Position numbers and translations under genes: made by a program. DNA of 64,000 nt, from assembly GCF_009914755.1 (NCBI RefSeq), contig NC_060941.1; one strand, 5' to 3'. The notes beneath the pieces are model-generated. The model searched no databases. It was not told the origin of the DNA and saw nothing but the letters and a program-made list of their open reading frames with translations. This document shows, piece after piece, positions 1 to 28,323 of the stretch. Numbering within the stretch: the first letter of the stretch is position 1; each line of letters begins with the position of its first letter. This DNA comes from the human T2T-CHM13v2.0 reference genome, Homo sapiens.

Positions 1-145
1 CCTGTTTCAAAGACCATCTTGGAATAATAGGGTATCAGTGGAGGCGGATGGTGCCAGCTGGGGTCATAGATCATGTCTCCTTGTGGGGCACAGCACACCC
101 AAGGTTTAAGCTCTTGAGAAATGCTCTCCTGGATGTCGTCAGCAT
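1..145 (-). CDS. COPRS: COPRS exon 4 (coding, truncated by the window edge)
   Basis: Acceptor ctgcag|AT GCT GAC GAC ATC CAG; translates (D)ADDIQESISQELKPWVCCAPQGDMIYDPSWHHPPPLIPYYSKMVFETG..., the C-terminus of COPR5. Phase 1 matches exon 3. The stop codon lies outside the window. Confidence 0.96.
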
Positions 146-172
146 CTGCAGGCAGTTTTAAAAGACAGATTA

Positions 173-201
173 AGGGAAGGAAGGAGGGAAGGAAGGAAGG
201 T
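173..201 (+). repeat. (GGAA)n-like purine tract, read as a pyrimidine tract just upstream of the COPRS exon 4 acceptor
   Basis: agggaaggaaggagggaaggaaggaagg. Confidence 0.8.
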
Positions 202-648
202 AAAAACGGACAGCCAAAAAGGTATGTCTAGGGGACAGATCCTTGCACTTATTTTGTTTAAAAACACACACAGTTCTCCTTTCCTGAAGAATTGTAAATG
301 CGTTCATTCGGAACAGCTGAGAAGCTATGCTTCTCAGACAAGGGTTCTTAGCAGTGAAGAAGCAAACTGGATAACACAGCACTTCTATCTGCAGCTGCTC
401 AATTCATAGCAGAGATTTTTGGAGAGAGTAACAGTTTTGACTTTAAAACAGTGATACATTATGGAGTCAAATGCAAAATTTGGATTTTTTCAATATAAAA
501 GAGAAGGTGTCACAGAAATTGGAGACCTGTAACAGATACCAGCCTAAGCTCATAGATGTGGACCCCTGTTCCAAACTGCCTTCAGGGCTGGTCTGACAGG
601 TGTGTCTGAGAAGGCCTAGTTCAGGACCCCCAGAGACTCCACACCTAC

Positions 649-867
649 CATATGGATTCCCTTGATCTGCTTTCAACTCCGAGTCCCAGTCCTCATTAAA
701 AAGATCGCCAGGCTGTTCCTTGGGTGGACAGTTTGTCCCTTCTGACAGCTCCCAGGTATTCAGTTCTCCATCAGAGTCCTCCTCATCCATGGCAAAGCCT
801 TCCTCTTCAGAATGGGTGCCCTCACCCCGGGCAGGACTGTCATTAGGAATGCTCTGTGTTCCACGGG
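649..867 (-). CDS. COPRS: COPRS exon 3
   Basis: tttag|CC CGT GGA ... AAT CCA TAT G|gtaggt; 219 nt, phase 1/1; (A)RGTQSIPNDSPARGEGTHSEEEGFAMDEEDSDGELNTWELSEG...ADQGNPY. Overlaps ORF 467..790. Confidence 0.96.
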
Positions 868-1219
868 CTAAATTGACAAAGAGAAGATGGCCTTAGTGAC
901 AAACCAAAGAGGACCTGCTCTGTGCTCAGTAAATTTTGGGCAGACTTACTACGAAGGTAGTAAAACAAGTGCACAGAGTCTTCTTTAGCCACCGAGCACT
1001 TTTTTAAAAATGCACTTCTTTGTATGTTTTTAAAAGAGCTGATAATTTATTTTCAATAAGACGTTTTGTCTTATACAAGGCATTAATTGTCAGGTCCTTT
1101 AATTTACAAAGAGGGCTAGGGACAGTTAACATTTTCAGGTGGTTTGTATGTCACTGAGGCAAAGGGCCTCTGATAAATAATACACTTTCACAATACAAGC
1201 CTGAATTAAGTTTTTGCTC

Positions 1220-1514
1220 TTTTTTTTTTTTTTTTGAGACAGAGTCTCGCTCTGTCGCCCAGGCTGGAATGCAATGGCACCATCTCGGCTCACTGCAACC
1301 TCTACCTCCCAGGTTCAAGCAATTCTCTGCCTCAGCCTCCTGAGCAGCTGGGATTACAAGCGCCCGCCACCACGCCCAGCTAATTTTTTTGTATTTTTAG
1401 TAGAGACGGGGTTTCACCATCTTGGCCAGGCTGGTCTTGAACCCCTGACCTTGTGATCCACCCGCCTCGGCCTCCCAAAGTGCTGGGATTACAGGCGTAA
1501 GCCACTGTGCCCGG
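1220..1514 (-). mobile_element. Alu (AluS-like)
   Basis: Poly-T followed by a full antisense Alu dimer; flanked by a gtttttgctc duplication. Confidence 0.93.
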
Positions 1515-1844
1515 TTGTTTTTGCTCCTTTATTCCTCCCTTCAGCCTCAAAGAGCATGTTAGAGGTGAGCACAGGGACAAAGGGGAGCAGGGGCACTGCA
1601 GGCAGAAGACCAGAACCCATCTAATCACAATGGGCAGCACCTAGTGCCTCCCTCTGACATCAGGGAGGCCGGAAGGTACATTTTCAAAAGGCCTCACAAT
1701 AACGGAGGAAAGACTGGGGAAAGATAATGGATTTCCGAGCACATAGTGCTTTGGTGATGCCAGGTCCCAGGAGAGAAGGCAATCAGCCTAAAACAGCCAT
1801 GCTCTTAATACTGGAACAACAGTAACAGTGATAAGCAATAAAGT

Positions 1845-4392
<2,548 letters not shown>

Positions 4393-4637
4393 CTATTTTC
4401 ACCGTTTCAAGCTGTTTCTCTCGGTAGAAGGATGGATTTGAACATAAGAAAAGTTCAGGACTTCCCTTAAGGAAGCTCCAAGCCAAGGCTTCCAAAGGAG
4501 GTTACTGTTCAACTGGGCAGAGAAGGCCACTAAGCAGCAGAGAGGACTGGCTAAAAGAGAAGGTAAATGAGACAGAGGGACTATTCCTCTCCTCACATCC
4601 TTGGTCTCCCCAACTTCCGTCTCTGCCATCTACTTGC

Positions 4638-4704
4638 CTAGTCGATCCATAGCCTTCTCAGTCTCTCTCTCCTGACCGGAGTGGTCAGCTGTAGCAAAGC
4701 CAGC
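4638..4704 (-). CDS. COPRS: COPRS exon 2 (followed by a GC-type donor)
   Basis: ttcttcctgcag|GCT GGC TTT...CGA CTA G|gcaagt; 67 nt, AGFATADHSGQERETEKAMDRL+G; joins exons 1 and 3 in frame. Confidence 0.93.
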
Positions 4705-4754
4705 CTGCAGGAAGAAGAAATGATTACCAAGGACTTGGGTATCTGGGGTATGCC

Positions 4755-5295
4755 CAGTATTCAGCTATTGCATCTCAACCCCACCCACTCTTCCATACTC
4801 CCCTTGGTGATGCAGGGCTGGGACTCTGCCACCCACATTTCTACTTTGCCCTGTTAAACTGAGCAAGGCTGGAGGGAGATGGGCCTTGTTCCTTCCTATT
4901 CATGTAGGCATCACCTCATGACACTTCACCGTGGCAGCAGGAATGCCTTCCTATAGTGGCCACAGAATCCAGTATACAGTTCTGCGAACTCTTGCAGAGC
5001 CAGTCTTATCACTGCACCTTCTCTTTAGAGGTCTGGGTCTCAGGACTCTCCTCCAAGCTCAGAGACCCCCTACCATCAGCTGGGGCAGTGCCTTCTCCTT
5101 AAAGGTTGGAATTTCAGCTCTGCAGAGCCTTTTCCCTAAGCTTTTAAATTTTAATCAACTTCATCTCTTTGTTCCTTCAGCCATAGGTTGGTAGCTGTTC
5201 CCTGCGGTTGCCACCCCCAGGTACACGTTTTACCTTTTCAGTTACTTAACAACTTTATAGCTAGTAAACAACTCTATCAAATTCTCTGTTTCCTC
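4755..5295 (+). mobile_element. LTR33-like solo LTR (ERVL)
   Basis: gtgatgcagggctgggactctgc...catttc, and a 3' end ...caaattctctgtttc, resembling the LTR33 family as recalled. Confidence 0.55.
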
Positions 5296-5844
5296 ACCAA
5301 CACACTGAGGTGGGGGAAGCTTTATAATTCCTCTGCAATGCTGAGCACTGAAGGCAGTATTTCTAATCTAACTGAAAATCTTCCCGCACAGCCAACCAAA
5401 TGCTTCTCTGCTCCCATCACTCAGAAGTTCCTGAAACCCTATGACCTCCAAGACCTCTTTCTAATGAATCACGAAATGTTCCCTGCCTGCATAAAAGACC
5501 TGATTTTGATCCCAACTCTGCCATCCATTCAGAGTGTGACCTTGAACACATCACTTCAATTACTGTGCCTGAGTTTTCTTCTCCAGAAATTAGGGGTGAC
5601 TGTTCTGACCCTGCAGGGGACTTATGATTAGACACCATTTATGAAAACACCTGGCATGTGGCAAGAATGTAACATTTCTTGAATTTAAATTCATCTTTTC
5701 TGCTACATCTAAACTGTACTCGGCACCTGCTCCAATCAGCATTCATTATCTAGTCATGTCTGGGTTTAATAATTCAGTTCCACTCCCTGTAGTTAGTGAC
5801 AACCTCTGGTCACTGCCGCCCAAGGAGAAGTCAGACCTCTCGCC

Positions 5845-6295
5845 TAAACCACTGCCACGGCCTCCTAACCACCTTCCCATCCAGCCATCTGGCCCAGCCT
5901 TACAGAATTAATCACTACTCTGCTCAAAACCTTCAACAGCCCTCCACTGAGAGAGCACAAAATTAGCCATGGCATTCGCACGTCCCCTCTTCTCCCACTC
6001 CCATCAACCTGTTGAGCATAGTTCTCTGCATGCTCTGAGACCCAACTCCAGGCCATGTGCCCTGCACTTTCTCATCTCCACGCCTCTGCAGACACCACCA
6101 GCCTCTCACCTTGATCCTTTCCTGCTATGCCCTGACAAAATTAGTCCCATTCTATTCTGCACTCCAAAGTAATTTTCTTTGTAAGTGTCGCTGCATTTTT
6201 CATATCTTACTTTGGCTAAGTACCATCTTTGAGGCATCATTCATCCAGTCGGTATGTCTATCTCCTGTGCCAGGCACTATGCTAGGCTGTGCAAA
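5845..6295. mobile_element. Degenerate L2 fragments
   Basis: tcactactctgctcaaaaccttcaacagcctccca; cattcatcca...tgtgccaggcactatgctagg. Confidence 0.55.
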
Positions 6296-6596
6296 CAGCC
6301 CTAACAGAGGGTTCCTACCTTCAAGCCGCTCAGCACCTAGCCGGTACAGACTGTAAACAAGGACAGGTAAGAACTGTAATAACGATCTGTAACGTTCTCG
6401 GGAAAACCAGGAGCTGTCTAGCTTACATGAAAACAAGTTTCTGGAAACCCTGCGTCAAACAGGGCCTTTCTGGTTTCAGTAAGGAGAAGGGGGAGCGCGC
6501 ATGTGACATCTGGGGCTCAGGGTTAGCTGGCATCCCCACCAACGGACAGAGGTCCACAGGTCTGTAAAGTCAAGTCCCTCTCCTCGCCGCCCTCAC

Positions 6597-6659
6597 CTGG
6601 CCCTCGCCCAGGCTCCTGGCAGCGGGCCCCGGCTCTCGGTCACCAGCGTCACCTCCCAT
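6597..6659 (-). CDS. COPRS: Candidate alternative first coding exon of COPRS (MGGDAGDREPGPAARSLGEGQ)
   Basis: ATG at 6659, 63 nt open, ends CAG|gtgagg; phase 0, in frame with exon 2; lies inside the CpG island. Confidence 0.6.
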
Positions 6660-6939
6660 TTACCAAATCCGCAGCGGCGCCCAGCGGGCGGACAGCCGTC
6701 TCTGCTGACCCGGAGCGCCCACCCACGCCCTCGGCTTTCCCCGCCCCGCAGCCCCGCGGCCCCGCGGCCTGGCCGTTTTCAGCTCGAGCGCGAGCCCAAA
6801 CAGCGCTCCGTGTCGCGGGGCGGCCCGAGGCCGGCCAGAGGCGCTTCCCCGGCCCCGCGGCCCCCGCCCAGCCCGGCCCCGCGACTTCCCGCCCCAGGCT
6901 GCGGCTGGCTGTTGCTCCTGGCCCCCACGCGGCGCTCAC

Positions 6940-7038
6940 CTCCGGGCTGGGGGGCGCCCCCCGCGCGCTAGGCAGCGGCGGGCCCCGAGACGGCTCCGCG
7001 GCCCCCTGCGCCTGGGCCCCGGCGGCCTGAAGGTCCAT
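6940..7038 (-). CDS. COPRS: COPRS exon 1 coding part (coordinator of PRMT5 and differentiation stimulator)
   Basis: GGCATGG strong Kozak; MDLQAAGAQAQGAAEPSRGPPLPSARGAPPSPE (99 nt), then GAG|gtgagc donor. Known COPR5 N-terminus. Confidence 0.96.
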
Positions 7039-7195
7039 GCCCTGCGGCCCGCGGCTGGTCGCCCTGGACGCCGTGGGCCACGTGACGCGCCGGCCCGGCT
7101 GCCCGCCCGAGGATCCGCCGCAGAAGCGCCAATCAGCCTGGGGAGGGGGTGGGTACCGGCCAAGAGGGCGGGGCGCGGGGGTGTCACGAGCAAGC

Positions 7196-7240
7196 GGGGG
7201 CGGGGCGGCGCAGGGGGCGGGGCGGCGCAGGGGGCGGGGC
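7196..7240 (+). repeat. GC-rich 17-bp tandem repeat (GGGGGCGGGGCGGCGCA x2.6)
   Basis: Units at 7196-7212 and 7213-7229, partial unit at 7230-7240; each carries an Sp1/KLF GC box. Confidence 0.85.
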
Positions 7241-7957
7241 GCGCGGCCTCGCGGAGCCCGCCCCTCCCTCCCAGCGCGAAATCTGAAACAATCTCGGAGA
7301 CGGATTTTGGAAACTCCTCTCGGTGCATATCCTAAGGCTGCACGACTAGCTGCGTGTGAAACGCCAAGCGTACCCTACTCGGCCACTCGGGGTGTGCTCC
7401 AGCTTCAAAACCCCGCGTGGGTAAGACACATGAGCAACCCAGTGACCTTCACCTTGAGCTAATGATCGTCTTTGAAGTTAATCCATTAGAAACCAAGATA
7501 GATGATTAAGACACAAACTGCAATATGCAGTGGACACAGAATACAGGCCACGACGCTTACTCATAATAATCCTGAACATTCGGGATTCCTGTATTTCCAT
7601 GCTCAACGCCTGATACCGACAACCTAATTATTTCCCATTTTGCCTCGAAAGGTGGCTTCTGGGGATAGGCAGGGCCTGAGCTGGGAACAGCCCAACTGGA
7701 AAGACAGCCTTCCCTGCCTTCCCCACAGTGCCTAACCTCTAATAACAAACCAGCTCAAGGTGTGCTAATCACGTCAACATCAGGACATGAGACCCTCTTC
7801 CTTCATCCCCCTCAAAGACTGTGTTGTTTGTACAACACAAAAGGCATTTGAAAAAATTTAGCATAAAACTGACACACAATATTCGATATTATTTTTGTTC
7901 TATATGTAGATGTTCCTACACAGGAGTCAGTATCCCCAAGGCTAACTGCCTCTAGGT

Positions 7958-8145
7958 CAGCAATGTCCAATAGAAGGTTCTTTAATGGTGGAAGTGGAAA
8001 TGAAAGTTCTACTATCTGTACTGTCCAATATAGTAACCATATACCTACTGAGCACTTGAAATGTGGCCAATGTGAATAAATTGAATAATTCTAATAAATT
8101 TAAATTGCTACATGTGCCTTGGAGCTACTGTTTCTAACAGTGCAA
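7958..8145 (+). mobile_element. MER3 (hAT-Charlie MITE)
   Basis: cagcaatgtccaatagaa...tactgagcacttgaaatgtggc...; perfect 8-bp TSD ctctaggt at 7950-7957 and 8146-8153. Confidence 0.85.
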
Positions 8146-8383
8146 CTCTAGGTGTACTAGCTAGATGTGTTTTCATAACCTGCAATATTGAGAATCAGAT
8201 ACAGGGATGTGATGACCCCAGGTGACCACCCTTATAGCCTTGTGTTAAGGAGACTACCACTATCCTCTTTGCTCCCTAATCTACATATCTCTTTCGTAAA
8301 ATTAAAGTGCCAAATAAGATTAAGAATGTTAAACATCCCAGGACTTAAGGGACAGGAAAAAGAGGAATTTTTTTCTTATTTTA

Positions 8384-11040
<2,657 letters not shown>

Positions 11041-11045
11041 AATTT

Positions 11046-11051
11046 TTTAAT
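11046..11051 (-). terminator. Candidate proximal polyadenylation signal (ATTAAA) of UTP6
   Basis: Plus-strand tttaat = ATTAAA on the minus strand, about 165 nt after the stop codon. Confidence 0.6.
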
Positions 11052-11215
11052 TTTTAAAAAGATTTAACAAGTTAACATAAAATTAAAGTGTGTCTCAAAA
11101 CCAGACAGCCATCTTGTCTGCCATCACTGAGCAAATTACAGATGGACTCAATACAAATTTGCCCACGGGGCTTGCTTGCAATACTATTTCACAAAGCTGA
11201 CTGTATTCTTCATCT

Positions 11216-11373
11216 TCATAAATGGCCAGTCTGATGCATAGCATGTTTAGCTACAAATGCCTCTGCTGACTCTCCCTGCAACATTTTCATCGCTCGCCAG
11301 TAGATCTGTCCACAGTTCTCAGGTCTACCAAGGGGGTGGTTCAATTCTTCTTTCATATAATCCATCCAAAGAT
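11216..11373 (-). CDS. UTP6: UTP6 exon 19 (last coding exon)
   Basis: ttttaaaag|AT CTT TGG ATG...GGC CAT TTA TGA; 158 nt; (D)LWMDYMKEELNHPLGRPENCGQIYWRAMKMLQGESAEAFVAKHAMHQTGHL*. Confidence 0.96.
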
Positions 11374-11559
11374 CTTTTAAAAAAAAAACATACAATTAGA
11401 TAACTGACAGAGTGTTATTAGGTAACCTTATTAAATATCAATTCAACTCAAGATTTCTAAGAAACTTAACTTCTCATTGTTACTTCCCTAGGACGCTTTG
11501 TTTAACAATACCTCTCTTAGCTTCTTTAAAGTATAGTGGCAGGTTTTGGTTTGTTTTTG

Positions 11560-13295
<1,736 letters not shown>

Positions 13296-13906
13296 CTGAC
13301 AAAGATAGACAATCTTGTCTCAAAAGCCTGATTTATAACATAACAAATTCATTCCAACCATATTGTTAAGCAGCTACTGTCTGTCAGGTATTTGAAGGGA
13401 AGAGTTTAACATGAACACAACTTGGCTCTCAACTTTTCTAGGAAAAAAATCAAAGCCACTCAACAGAGTGAAGTACATATGTGAAACATAAAAGCACTTT
13501 GCTGTAGTAGCATGGAGAAAAGTGCTATTAGAAAAAAGTGGGGGACATGGGCAGCTTCACAGAAAACAGTATTTGAAAGTCTTGAGGAATGAGTGGGAAT
13601 TAAATAAAGAAACAGCGAAGGTTCTATTCGCTTTGAGTAAGGATTTCTTCCTTTTGAATATCTGGGCTCTGGTACTTATTTGTTATATCCACCTTAAAAT
13701 AAATACTAGTTATATGACCTTCAGCAAGTTTTTGAACCCTTTGACCTTAAACATTTCCTCACCTATAAAACAAGCTTTAATATCTCTTAGCACAACTATA
13801 AGTATTAGATTAAAATGCTGATGAATTATGTACCTAGCAGAATAGCTGTAACTAACTTTACAACCAAAAACTGCTCATTCTCCACCTATTTTTAAAAATG
13901 TATTCT

Positions 13907-15862
<1,956 letters not shown>

Positions 15863-15907
15863 CTAATCCATTTTCCCAGACAAGAAATGCTGAAACAGAA
15901 CACTTAC

Positions 15908-15974
15908 TTGCTCCTTTTCAAACTGAATCATTTTCCTGAAAAAGTCAACTGAAAATGGTCGGCTCTCCTGTAAA
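15908..15974 (-). CDS. UTP6: UTP6 exon 17
   Basis: tttag|T TTA CAG...GAG CAA|gtaagt; 67 nt; LQESRPFSVDFFRKMIQFEKEQ. Confidence 0.95.
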
Positions 15975-16189
15975 CTAAAAAGGAAGGAGAAAACGTTATC
16001 TTCAACAATGACAAAAAGCCTCTTACATCTCATAACTGTAAATACCGAGACCAGTGCCTCCACAACACATGGTTTAATAAAGACTTGACTTCAAATCAAT
16101 GCAAGGACTTGACCTGATGGCCAGTCATTCTCACAATTCTATGACCACTAATGACTTTCTCTTCATACCCAGTTCTTAGTTTTTTGGTT

Positions 16190-21135
<4,946 letters not shown>

Positions 21136-21239
21136 TCAGATTACTCCCTCAGATGCTATCTGTGATTCAAATAATCTGGGTATGAGCGGCTGAGCATGGG
21201 GTAGAGGGACTAGTAACAACTATGAACGTCTGTGAGTAC

Positions 21240-21349
21240 CTTTTAAACACAGCTCTGGCCTTTTTGTAGCCACCACTTCGATAAGCCCAATCCAGGTACT
21301 TATTCTTCAGGGTTACTGAGTCGGCACCTATGACAGCTAAGAGAGCTTT
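21240..21349 (-). CDS. UTP6: UTP6 exon 16
   Basis: gtag|AAA GCT CTC...TTT AAA AG|gtactc; 110 nt; KALLAVIGADSVTLKNKYLDWAYRSGGYKKARAVFK. Confidence 0.94.
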
Positions 21350-21534
21350 CTACAATTTAAAAGAAAAAAGAAAGAAGCTATGTGAGAAAACTTATAGATA
21401 CCAAAACAGATTTTCCCAGAACCACCTGAGGCCACTCCATAGTGCTTTAGGCGCACCTGCAACACTAGAGCTGACCAACCAGGGAACCTTCTGCCATTCC
21501 CCACACCACAAGACTTGGAACACGGAGCCTATAC

Positions 21535-21615
21535 CTTAAAGACTGCCTCAGTGTCTTCTTGGCTTTTGGCACCTTCACTCCACTCTGCCCAGGAAATCCA
21601 CAATGGCAGACAAAC
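21535..21615 (-). CDS. UTP6: UTP6 exon 15
   Basis: gagtag|GTT TGT CTG...TTT AAG|gtatag; 81 nt; VCLPLWISWAEWSEGAKSQEDTEAVFK. Confidence 0.94.
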
Positions 21616-22090
21616 CTACTCCCAGTTTAAAAAATGTTAGTTAGAGAACAGCATATAACAAAACATCGCATGTACCCTATAAATATGTAAAATATTATGT
21701 ATCAATTTTTTTATGCTATAAAATGACAGTTTAGTCCTATGCTCTGAAAACTAGTTAAAAAGGCAGGTTCCTCCTAAGATAATCAACATGTAAAATAGGG
21801 ATTCATTCCCAAACAGTCCTCATTGTGACAGAATTCTCATTGCCCAGCAGGAATGGCACTCCAGAACACAGCCAGCCTTCTGACCAAGTCACTCAGAGCA
21901 ACACTCTTCTGTGAATTTTAGTTCCTTTCTATTGGGAAATATTTCATGTAGTTATCATCAATCATCTTTTAGTTAAGTAAGTAATTAACAGCCCACACAG
22001 TTAGACCCACAGCTACCCAGGTCATGTCTCTGCTGTCTAAGACCCACAACACAAGAACTAATTAATCTAGGCTGAACTATCTGATCTTCA

Positions 22091-22876
<786 letters not shown>

Positions 22877-23096
22877 CTAAATAGAATAGGAAGTTTTATA
22901 TAATTTGGTTAACTTTCAAATAAAGGATATTAAATAGAAGCAAATTCTTCTACTCTTAACCTATGAACCATCACCACTGAATAGCAAATGCCACTCTAGA
23001 GTTGGCTCTCAATAGACAAGTACATTCCAAATGAGCCTTGGCTAGTCTTAAAAGGTTTCCCAAATATAATGAATACAAAAGATCCAGCTCACTGAC

Positions 23097-23276
23097 CTGG
23101 GGTTTCAGGTGCACAAAGGCTTCTTCAAAAAGCATGGCTATGTCAGGGCTCTTTGACTCGATCAGCACCTGCAGCTTCAGCTGCCACATTGTCCCAGAGT
23201 CTCTAAACAATTCAGTTCCAGCTACTGCCACTTCCAGAGCTTCCCTCAGGAAGTTATAACACAGCAACGAAACACT
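23097..23276 (-). CDS. UTP6: UTP6 exon 14
   Basis: ctag|AGT GTT TCG...CCC CAG|gtcagt; 180 nt; SVSLLCYNFLREALEVAVAGTELFRDSGTMWQLKLQVLIESKSPDIAMLFEEAFVHLKPQ (within ORF 22971..23267). Confidence 0.96.
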
Positions 23277-23405
23277 CTAGACAAGATGAAGGATGACTGG
23301 AAAATTAATTACTGAAACCCAAACAATCTATGTAAATGTAAACCTATGCCTCATTTGAGGCAAGAATTTCACCAACCTTTCCACTACAATTTAAAATAAA
23401 AAAGA

Positions 23406-25904
<2,499 letters not shown>

Positions 25905-26113
25905 TCACTGTATAATACTCCTCCCTTTGCTAGTACAGATTTCATTTTTTGCATAGGCCAAATACTGGGAAACACATATAAACACACTTCACATACCGAA
26001 CTCCCAAGTGGCCTTCATCTTAAGACTATATATATTTAAAACATGACTCTGGCACAAAACAACTGGAATAAGGTATTTGTAACTGGCACAGAATATTTTC
26101 TCTATGTTCTTAC

Positions 26114-26191
26114 CAACTGCTTGTATTGGCATTCTGACAGAAGCTTCAGTTCATGTGCCTTCCTGAATACAGTCATGGTTCTTTCCAACCT
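26114..26191 (-). CDS. UTP6: UTP6 exon 13
   Basis: ttttcag|AGG TTG GAA...CAG TTG|gtaaga; 78 nt; RLERTMTVFRKAHELKLLSECQYKQL. Confidence 0.95.
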
Positions 26192-26565
26192 CTGAAAACA
26201 GAAAAATCCCTCAGTTCATTACAAAGATCCCAGCAGGGGCCTCTGGCCTCTGACATGAACAAAAGCAGTTTTGCGCATTTCTTAAAATTCAAAGAAGCTG
26301 ACTTGCTCCTGCATGGTGGTTTCACTTATGAATAGATGCAATGGGCAGCTGCACCGAACAGAGCCCAGTTACACGAGAGCCCCTCCTAACCTGGCGGCAA
26401 ACCAGACTCAGACCTTTAGAATGTCACGTCACCCACAAGGAGAGAGAGAGTGGCTAAACATAAAAGTTCTCAGAAACTGTGCCAGACACCAAAAGATCTG
26501 TGCTTCTGTTCTTTCAGAAGGCAGTCACTATCTAGTCAACCACTGTAACCATGTAACAACCTCAC

Positions 26566-26645
26566 CTTCCCTCTAAGGAACCCACTATTTGACTTCTTAG
26601 TAAATCTTTCCAAGCAAAAGGTGATGTAACACTTCCACATGGCCT
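26566..26645 (-). CDS. UTP6: UTP6 exon 12
   Basis: ttttccag|AG GCC ATG...GGG AAG|gtgagg; 80 nt; (E)AMWKCYITFCLERFTKKSNSGFLRGK. Confidence 0.95.
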
Positions 26646-26949
26646 CTGGAAAAGTCAGAAAGATTGTGTTGATCAGATCACTTAGTTCAACATTCATCAC
26701 ATCAAAGTTATTAAAAGATAAGGAAAAAAACAGTCATCCTACACCTTTACTTCAAGGGGAAAACTCTCCTCTGAAGAAGAGTTTAAATCAGCCTGATTTT
26801 AAGAAGTGTTATGCTGACTACAGCCAATCAAACACCTCAAATATTGGGGGAAAACAACTGAGTAACAGCTTAAATATAAAAATTGAAAGCCTTATCCAGG
26901 TTATATATCCCCTCTGCCTTTATTCTACATTATTACAAAATAAAAATTA

Positions 26950-28323
<1,374 letters not shown>

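Larger units (their letters stand above)
6550..7450. promoter_or_regulatory. CpG island / COPRS promoter
   Basis: Very GC- and CpG-rich. Contains E-box CACGTGAC 7079-7086, CCAAT box (GCCAATCAG) about 7128-7136, multiple GGGCGG GC boxes 7166-7240, and an E2F site TTTCGCGC on the minus strand at 7274-7281. Confidence 0.9.

Noticed and set aside
4931-5631. 87-aa and 147-aa plus-strand ORFs in COPRS intron 1
   Set aside because: They overlap an LTR33-like remnant, are antisense to COPRS, and have no recognisable domain or splice context.
6649-7038. 129-aa ORF extending COPRS exon 1
   Set aside because: Only the first 33 codons are exonic; the rest is read-through past the GAG|GTGAGC donor into a GC-rich, stop-poor intron.
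6936-7462. 130-aa (-) and 141-aa (+) ORFs in the COPRS CpG island; the + ORF's ATG overlaps the COPRS ATG in a CATG palindrome
   Set aside because: Low-complexity Arg/Gly/Pro/Ala content expected from GC-rich DNA, with no recognisable homology; CATG overlap is common by chance.
21890-21965. Possible intronic C/D snoRNA (TGATGA ... CTGA on the minus strand) in UTP6 intron 14
   Set aside because: Imperfect C box, no terminal stem, no recognisable rRNA guide, and ~280 nt from the 3' splice site. No snoRNA, tRNA or miRNA gene could be supported anywhere in the window.
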